Shown here: in pieces, positions 55,636-64,000 of the stretch | How the letters are laid out: each line of letters starts with the position of its first letter | Position numbering within the stretch: the stretch's first letter is position 1 | Notes under the pieces: generated by a model | The model's database searches: none | What the model saw: only the letters and a program-made list of their open reading frames with translations | What the model was told of the DNA's origin: nothing | From: Eledone cirrhosa | Lineage: Eukaryota | Assembly (NCBI GenBank): GCA_964016885.1 | Contig: OZ024753.1 | Coordinates: 10,416,001-10,480,000 of the forward strand | Length of the DNA: 64,000 nt | Reading direction: 5' to 3' | Program-made: the position numbers and the translations under genes

Positions 55636-55678
<43 letters not shown>

Positions 55679-55835
55679 TAGCAGAACACCCGGCACAGCT
55701 TAGGTTACGGGGTACCTGCAAATAAATGGACCAAATCGTTTGTAAGTGCCATAAATATACGTCAAATATGTATGGTATATTTATATCAGCAAATGTCATA
55801 TAGATATTTCAGTTGTATTAGATATGAACACGTGG

Positions 55836-55954
55836 TTTGAACTTCTAATGTTTGTTTCTGTTTTGTTTGAACTTCTAATGTTTGTTTCTGTTTTGTTTGA
55901 ACTTCTAATGTTTGTTTCTGTTTTGTTTGAACTTCTAATGTTTGTTTCTGTTTT
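55836..55954. repeat. 30-bp tandem repeat x4
   Basis: tttgaacttctaatgtttgtttctgttttg. Confidence 0.9.
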
Positions 55955-56289
55955 TACTGTTTACTGAATGAGAGAATAACAGCGTCCATAAAACTTCTAG
56001 CACTTTTGAGATTGGTGGGAGGAATGGCAAGAGCTATTTTGGAATTGGATGCCTCTATGTTGTATTGTATAGATAGTCCCTTAAAACCTGATAGAGTCGT
56101 AGGGGGCGCCATATTAACATATGGCGTTTCTTGGGCATTTTGAGCCTGGTGGAGTCCTTCCCTTCCCAGTCCTGAGAACAGCAGATTTCTTCTAGAGAAA
56201 GATAGAAAGTGAGAGAGAGGAAATGAGAAAGAGATATAGAGGAAGAATCGACCCCAGTACTAGACTATTATATATATATATGTATAAAT

Positions 56290-57075
56290 GGTCGCGTAAC
56301 TCCTAATAGAGTCCTAGAGGCGCCATATTGACATAAAGCGTTTCTTGGTCATTTTAAGCCTAGCAGAGCCCAATCGACTCTCCATATTTCTTTGCTGCAG
56401 TAGAGTCTGTGCTGCTGTATGGGTCTGAGACTTGGACACTGACCAAGAAACTCACTCAGATGGTGGATGGGTGCTACACGAGAATGCTGAGGATGGCTCT
56501 GAACATTAATCAGTATACACTGAGGATGATAAACTCAGAGCTGTATGGGAGCATCCCAAAAGTCAGCTCAAAAGTGACACAGAGGAGACTGAGGTTAGCT
56601 GGACATGCTCACCGACATCCAAAGTTGACATTGCACTCAGTGCTCCTGTGGGAGCCCCTACATGGACACACTAGAAGAGGAAGACCAAGGTTAACGTATG
56701 TTGATGCCCTAAGGACAGACACTGGTCTGTTGGAGACGCAGGACATGGCAGCGATAATGAGGGACAGAGACCGCTGGAGAGACATCGTCCATGGATCTCG
56801 GGAATTTTACCCGCCTTAGAAGAGCCCAATCTACTCCAGTCCTGAGAACAGCAGATTTCTTCCAAAGAAAGATAGAAAGTGAGAGAGAAGAAGTGAGAAA
56901 GAGATATAGAGGAAGAATCGACCCCAGTTTTAAACTGGTACATTTTTTATCGATCTAGAAAGGATGAAAGGCACCGTTTACCTCGGCAGGATTTGAACTC
57001 AGAGAGTAGAGAGTTGGAACCAATACTCTAAAACATTCTATCCGACGTTCTAACGAATCTGCCAATTCACCGCCA
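56290..57075 (-). mobile_element. SINE subfamily with alternative 3' tail, interrupted by an RTE fragment
   Basis: Head and core at 56918-57075. Related copies at 1606-2010 (+) and 33640-33906 (-); tail fragment at 56078-56268. Confidence 0.75.
56376..56820 (+). mobile_element. RTE-clade LINE 3' fragment with 11-bp TSD
   Basis: VLLYGSETWTL..RRLRLAGH..RRGRPRLTYVD; TSD agagcccaatc (56365-56375 / 56821-56831). Confidence 0.9.
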
Positions 57076-57499
57076 CATCTACGTGGCCTGTTTATACAGT
57101 ATACATGTGTATATATATACATGTGTATATATGTGTTTCCTCTTTGTTCAGATCTAGTACTATTTCCGCCATCTTGTCTTTTAGTTGTGTGTATGTTGTC
57201 TAGGTAAGTGTGTATGTTGTTCTCTGTGTGTGTGTGTGTGTGTACGTATCTATAAACCTTATATCTTTTAGTTCAAGGTCAAACCATAACACACAGACAC
57301 ATACACATGTCTCCCCCCCCCCCTCTCTCTCTGTATATGTGTGAGTGTGTGTATATATATATATATGTATGTATATATGTATATATATGTATATATATGT
57401 ATGTATATATATATGTATGTATATATATATGTATATATATATATATGTACGTATATATATATCTATATATATATGTATATATGTATGTATATATCTGTG

Positions 57500-57536
<37 letters not shown>

Positions 57537-57778
57537 GTATGTATATATGTATATATATATGTATGTATATATGTATATATATATATGTATATATATATAT
57601 ATGTATATATATATGTATATATATATATATGTATATATATATGTATGTATATATATGTATATATATATGTATGTATATATATGTATATATATATGTATGT
57701 ATATATATGTATATATATATGTATGTATATATATGTATATATCTATCTATATATATATAAGTATATATGTATTATGTA

Positions 57779-57810
<32 letters not shown>

Positions 57811-57811
57811 A

Positions 57812-57898
<87 letters not shown>

Positions 57899-57900
57899 AC

Positions 57901-57932
<32 letters not shown>

Positions 57933-58000
57933 TGTATATATATGTATATATATATATATATGTATATATATGTATATATATATAACTATATATATATGTA

Positions 58001-58822
58001 TAAGTATGTACACGTACATACATATATGTATACCGACGTACAGTAGTATGTATATATATATATATACATACATGCACACATATATATATGCACGTATGGA
58101 TTCACCGAACATTTATTATAATGCTCGGTGTGTTTGTAAACAAACATCCCGTATTAAGCCGTAGTGTCTAGCAACCACCGTTGCTCGTTTGTTCAACACT
58201 GACAAAGGAACGCTGTACTAGTTTCAAGCTTGTTAGCTATCATCAGCAACGTATACCTTCCTGCCAGATTGTTGAACGTATATACTTACCTTATGCATAT
58301 TAACGGCTGAGTAGCCCAATATGCATATCGAGTGGGTTAATCGGCCGGGTGCACCGAAAACGATAAACGGAAAAAATGAAACGATATTTCATTTCCCACT
58401 CTTAGTACGGCTGTTACTTAAATATAAGTATGTACACGTACATACATATATGTATACCGACGTACAGTAGTATGTATATATATATATATACATACATGCA
58501 CACATATATATATGCACGTATGATAGCTAACAAGCTTGAAACTAGTACAGCGTTCCTTTGTCAGTGTTGAACAAACGAGCAACGGTGGTTGCTAGACACT
58601 ACGGCTTAATACGGGATGTTTGTTTACAAACACACCGAGCATTATAATAAATGTTCGGTGAATCCATACGTGCATATATATATGTGTGCATGTATGTATA
58701 TATATATATATACATACTACTGTACGTCGGTATACATATATGTATGTACGTGTACATACTTATATTTAAGTAACAGCCGTACTAAGAGTGGGAAATGAAA
58801 TATCGTTTCATTTTTTCCGTTT
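58001..58822. mobile_element. Retrozyme-like element: 1.2 tandem ~424-bp monomers plus an inverted partial copy
   Basis: 58001-58088 repeats at 58425-58522; 58519-58822 is an inverted copy reading through the monomer junction. Diverged homologue at ~32362-32725. Confidence 0.8.
58210..58252 (-). ncRNA. Minimal hammerhead ribozyme in ~424-bp tandem monomer
   Basis: rc: acgttg CTGATGA tagc-taacaa-gctt GAAA ctag TA cagcgt; stem III ACTAGT is palindromic. Confidence 0.82.
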
Positions 58823-58901
58823 ATATATATATGTATATATATATATATATGTATATATATGTATATATATATAACTATATATATATATGTATATATATAT
58901 C

Positions 58902-58938
<37 letters not shown>

Positions 58939-59149
58939 GTATAAAATTTATTCATACACAATTTCATATTTGGAAAAAAACTGTTATTTATGACATTGCT
59001 CTATAATTACCAATGTTAACCTAAACTAATTTATCACATGATCACTGACACAGACTGTTTAGATGTAGTCCACATATATTACATGGTGTATCATTGGAAT
59101 ATCTGGGTCGCTAAACATTACACATTTATCACACAGAACACTTTAACGT

Positions 59150-59712
59150 AGCCATAGTTACATAGTTACATGGTCATATATTCATATAGTCTCATAGTCA
59201 CCTAGTCATATAGTCACCTTGTCATATAGTCACCTAGTCATATAGTCACATAGTCACCTAGTTATATAGTCACTTAGTCATATAGTCACCTAGTCATATA
59301 GTCACATAGTCACCTAGTCATATAGTCACATAGTCACCTAGTCATATAGTCACCTAGTCACAGAGTCATATAGTCACATAGTCACATAGTCACAGAGTCA
59401 CATAGTCATATAGTCACATAGTCACCTAGTCATATAGTCACAGAGTCACAGTCATATAGTCACCTAGTCACATAGTCACATAGTCATATAGTCACATAGT
59501 CACATAGTCATATAGTCACATAGTCATATAGTCACATAGTCTCATAGTCACATAGTCATATAGTCACCTAGTCATATAGTCATATAGTCACATAGTTACC
59601 TAGCCACATAGTCACATTGTCACATAGTCATATAGTTACATAGTCACATTGTCACATAGTCACATAACCACAGTCACACAGTCACATAGTCACATTGTCA
59701 CATAGTCATATT
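59150..59712. repeat. 8-bp minisatellite (AGTCACAT variants)
   Basis: agtcacat/agtcatat/agtcacct array. Confidence 0.95.
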
Positions 59713-60149
59713 GTACACACATTGATATGTTCACACACTCATAGACGCTTACATACACACAGATATACACACATTCACACGAGCAAATATACACACGCAA
59801 CACCTGCACACGTATTCACAAATATATGTCTTCTTAATGATGCACAGAGACACAGATACACATACATACACACATACACATACATACACAGATACACATA
59901 CATACACACATGCCCATACACATACATACTTGCACTCAGGTGCCCTCAGATAACTACGCCCACATTGACATTCACTCACAAACACTTTACACACACATAC
60001 ATGTATACATTCATGTGAACAACCACCTACATAGACACCCTCACACACTTTCATATGCCTGTGTGTATATGTACTTATCTCTGTCTGTCCCCCCCTCTCT
60101 CTCTCTCACTCTCTCTCTCTCTCTCTCATAGGCCTTGACTATTGGGGTC

Positions 60150-60436
60150 GACTAGAAAATCTCAAACTTTATTCTCTCCAACGTCGCCGCCGTGAGCGCT
60201 ACATCATCTGCACGATGTGGAAAATATTCCACCACCATTGCCCAAATGATGTTGGCATCACCTTTAAAGTGCACCCAGGGCTTGGGCCCCGTGCTATCCG
60301 CCCACAACAAAAATTAAACTCGCATCTTATAACAACATCACAGCACAATTATTTCACCTCAATTGGTCCCGCTCTCTTTAACATTTCACCAAAACACATT
60401 AAAACAGAAGCAGACCCCATAAAGTTCAAGAAGTAG
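60150..60436 (+). mobile_element. CR1/L2-group LINE ORF2 C-terminal relic
   Basis: LKLYSLQRRR/ERYIICTMWKI..SIGPALFN..P..FKK. Confidence 0.7.
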
Positions 60437-60863
60437 AGGATTTATGTGTTTGTTAATTTGCTTATTCTTTACAATTTGTTAAACGGCTAAGCATATATAA
60501 TTTATTACGATTTCATCTCCTCGTAGAGAAATCTAGTTATCAGTTGCTCTATAGCCCGGGAAAAGCGCCTCATTCACTGCTTTATTTATTTCAAGCACCA
60601 ATAAATCTACCATTAATCTTAAAGATAGTCCTGGTTATTTCGGTTCTTGTGAATTAGCTAAGAATTTATAGTATTATAGATTCCTGTTTTATATAAAAAA
60701 AAAAAATGCCTCAAAGTGTAATGCTAACATGTATATCAAAGCCATCACAATACCTTAGCAAAAAGAAGTAATAGAATTGAATGCTAGCTATTACACGCTC
60801 TACTACCCCAAGTATCGAGTACTCTGGTGGGTTATGGTTCACCTGGTATTTTACTACACACTA

Positions 60864-60921
<58 letters not shown>

Positions 60922-60964
60922 ATAATAAATGTGAAGACTAAAATCCGAAGATTGCTCGATAAGG

Positions 60965-61017
<53 letters not shown>

Positions 61018-61096
61018 TACATATATACATATATACATACATCTTTAAGCAGACACAAATATTACACATACACACTCAAACATATATATATATATA

Positions 61097-61141
<45 letters not shown>

Positions 61142-61262
61142 AAGCTCAGAGAAACAACCCCTGAGAAAGATAAAACTTCTCACAAGGGAAATTGTAGTCA
61201 AAAGAAAAGAAGAACCAAAAAAAAAAAAAAAAAAAGAAGAAACAACAAAAGCGCAGAGAACC

Positions 61263-61470
61263 CTGATCAGTGTGACATTCTCATCAGATAAAGAGATATG
61301 TTAGAAGGAGATAGAAAACGTTACTAAACGAAAAGACGTGGAAAAAGAGATAAGGAAAATATGTGAGCGATGAAAACAAAGAGTGTAAATGTCATAATAG
61401 GGGGTCTTTAGGGAAGTAAAATGGATATTGAGCATGATACTTGAGGAATTCTCTGGCAGACACTCCAAAA
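61263..61470 (+). mobile_element. Degenerate R4/Dong-like restriction-like endonuclease C-terminus
   Basis: LISVTFSSDKEIC*KEIENVTKRKDVEKEIRKI / MKTKSVNVIIGGL resembles LIDV.IP.D....KE.EK..KY.DL..EI..MW...T..IP.I.GALG. Confidence 0.5.
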
Positions 61471-61831
61471 ATAAACCCCTCCATAGAAAACACTTTGAAA
61501 TGTGATCTAACGATGTCGGAGTTGGTATCTGATCACTGTTACCTGCTAGAATTATCAGTGAAAATCTCCCTCAAATTACAGCCGTTTTTTTTTAAGATTG
61601 GAAACGGAATTTGTGTCGTGTCGTCCATTGTTATCTTGTGTCTTATAACAAAGGCCTTGTGCCTGTATATTTTGACTGGAGCCATGGATATCAGATCTAC
61701 CCCCATAAGAAAAGAAACACAGTCCCCATGAATTATATCTCACCACACACACACATGCACACACACACACACACAAACACACATATACACGCATTCATAT
61801 ATCTCTCTCTCTCTCTCCCTCTCTCTCTCAA

Positions 61832-62014
61832 ATGTGTGGTAAGGAACCAGATGGACCATAACGCACCAGAGTACTCAATACTTAGGATAGTAGAGTGGGT
61901 AATAGGAAAATGTTTGACCCTGAATGCAGAGCTCAAGCCGTTTCGACGGCTATTTCTGGACTATAAATAGCCGTCGAAACGGCTTGAGCTCGGTCGTCGG
62001 GGGTCAAACATTTT

Positions 62015-62067
<53 letters not shown>

Positions 62068-62248
62068 CAAAGAAAGTGTGGTAAGATACCAGGTGGACCA
62101 TAACGCACCAGAGTACTCAATACTTAGAGTAGTAGAGTGGGTAATAGGAAAGGAGTCAGGAACCCGACGGTTGAGCTCCGGCCGTTTCGACAGCTAGATC
62201 TGAAAGCTGTCCAAACGACCGGAGCTCAGCCGTCGGGGTCCTGACTCT

Positions 62249-62253
<5 letters not shown>
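61832..62253 (-). mobile_element. Two family C fold-back elements separated by (TA)n
   Basis: 61832-62018 and 62066-62253. Further fragments at 21297-21356, 48541-48578, 48965-49072, 60790-60865. Confidence 0.8.
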
Positions 62254-62331
<78 letters not shown>

Positions 62332-62427
62332 ATAGAAAAAAAAAACGAGGAAGTTTCGTTTATATATAAAAAATATTTGTGTATCAACAATATATATATA
62401 TATATATATTTTTTTTTTGTCACGTCA

Positions 62428-62514
62428 CCAGTCTGACGAGCAGATCGATACTTGAGTCGGGTCCATCACTCCTATGACCCTTGAGCCAATCTTCTGCGAA
62501 ACGCGCGTAACAGG
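62428..62514 (+). ncRNA. Hammerhead ribozyme with extended stem II
   Basis: ccagt CTGACGA gcaga..gggtc..gaccc..tctgc GAAA cgcgcg TA acagg; stem III ACGCGCGT is palindromic. Confidence 0.78.
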
Positions 62515-62645
62515 TCGATACACAATAGATATGTTTTATAAGTAAAGGAAACTTCCTCGTTTTTTTTTCTATTATATACACTCTGCCTGTGCATAGAGTG
62601 GTTGATTTGGTACCAACACCAGTAATTCACTGTACTATCCATATA

Positions 62646-63218
<573 letters not shown>

Positions 63219-63275
63219 GATCTGTAGCGAAACGCGCGCCCCCAACTAATAAACGTAATGAAGGAGTAACCATAA

Positions 63276-63459
63276 GGTGGATTGGCAGTATCCGTAGAGG
63301 GTCGGACACTATGTTTTCCAGCAAAGTTATGTCCCTTTACGGTCTGAGTTCAAATCCCGCCGAGGTTAACTTTGCTTTTCATCCTTACAGGGTCGATAAA
63401 ATAAAGTACCAGTAATACACTGGAATAATTGCTGGCCTTGTGCCAAAAGTAGAAACAAT

Positions 63460-63460
<1 letters not shown>
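63276..63460 (+). mobile_element. tRNA-derived SINE
   Basis: Homologous to 5081-5264. Confidence 0.88.
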
Positions 63461-63508
<48 letters not shown>

Positions 63509-64000
63509 GTACGTTGTACGTGTGTATGTATGTGTATGTGTGTGTATTTATTTATTTTTTCGGGAATTTTTCCTGGAGGTTTTAATTCTTTAGCACGTGA
63601 CTTAACTAAAAAAACGTCAATTAATAGTTAAAGCAATTAATTACGCTTTCCAAGAGTCATTATATATTCCCTTTGCGTAGATTTTACAGTGACAAAACCT
63701 TTGTCGCAGTTTTTGTCCCCTGACACAGTTCCAGTGCAATAGAGTTGCAAAATGTTTAGGGTTTCATCAAACTCAAATGAACTGAACACATTATCAAAGA
63801 TGGCGAATATTAAATAAAAACGATCTATGCATCAACAACAACAACAGTAACATCAACATCAACAACAGCATCAACAACAACAACATCAGCAACAACAACA
63901 ACATCATCATCATCATCATCAACAACAAGGTAGACGAGAACAAGGAAATGACTAGATGCCACAATAAATTTAGTTCGGCGCTCTACTGGTCGTTTATACC

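Overview
AT-rich, microsatellite-saturated animal genomic DNA, probably intergenic or intronic. The SINE types and repeat content suggest an octopod cephalopod; this is inference only. No host protein-coding gene can be supported, and almost all ORFs in the track are microsatellite translations. The only real long ORF is a 5'-truncated but uninterrupted Penelope-like element (PLE; RT + GIY-YIG, 44031-45623). It carries a variant hammerhead ribozyme (HHR) in its 3' region and is flanked by a ~155-bp direct duplication. The main hidden signal is a swarm of short non-coding elements from at least 10 sequence families sitting mostly in (TA)n tracts. About 25 of them contain recognisable minimal type-I HHR folds (stem I-CUGANGA-stem II-GAAA-stem III-UH-stem I), read by eye, often with palindromic stem III and compensatory changes between copies. 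Many are fold-back (inverted) duplications, several turning at or near the ribozyme, and one is a tandem, circularly permuted ~424-nt monomer resembling a retrozyme. Also present: ~11 tRNA-derived SINEs, RTE, Tx1/L1-like, CR1-like and R4-like LINE fragments, Tc1/mariner MITEs and several minisatellites.
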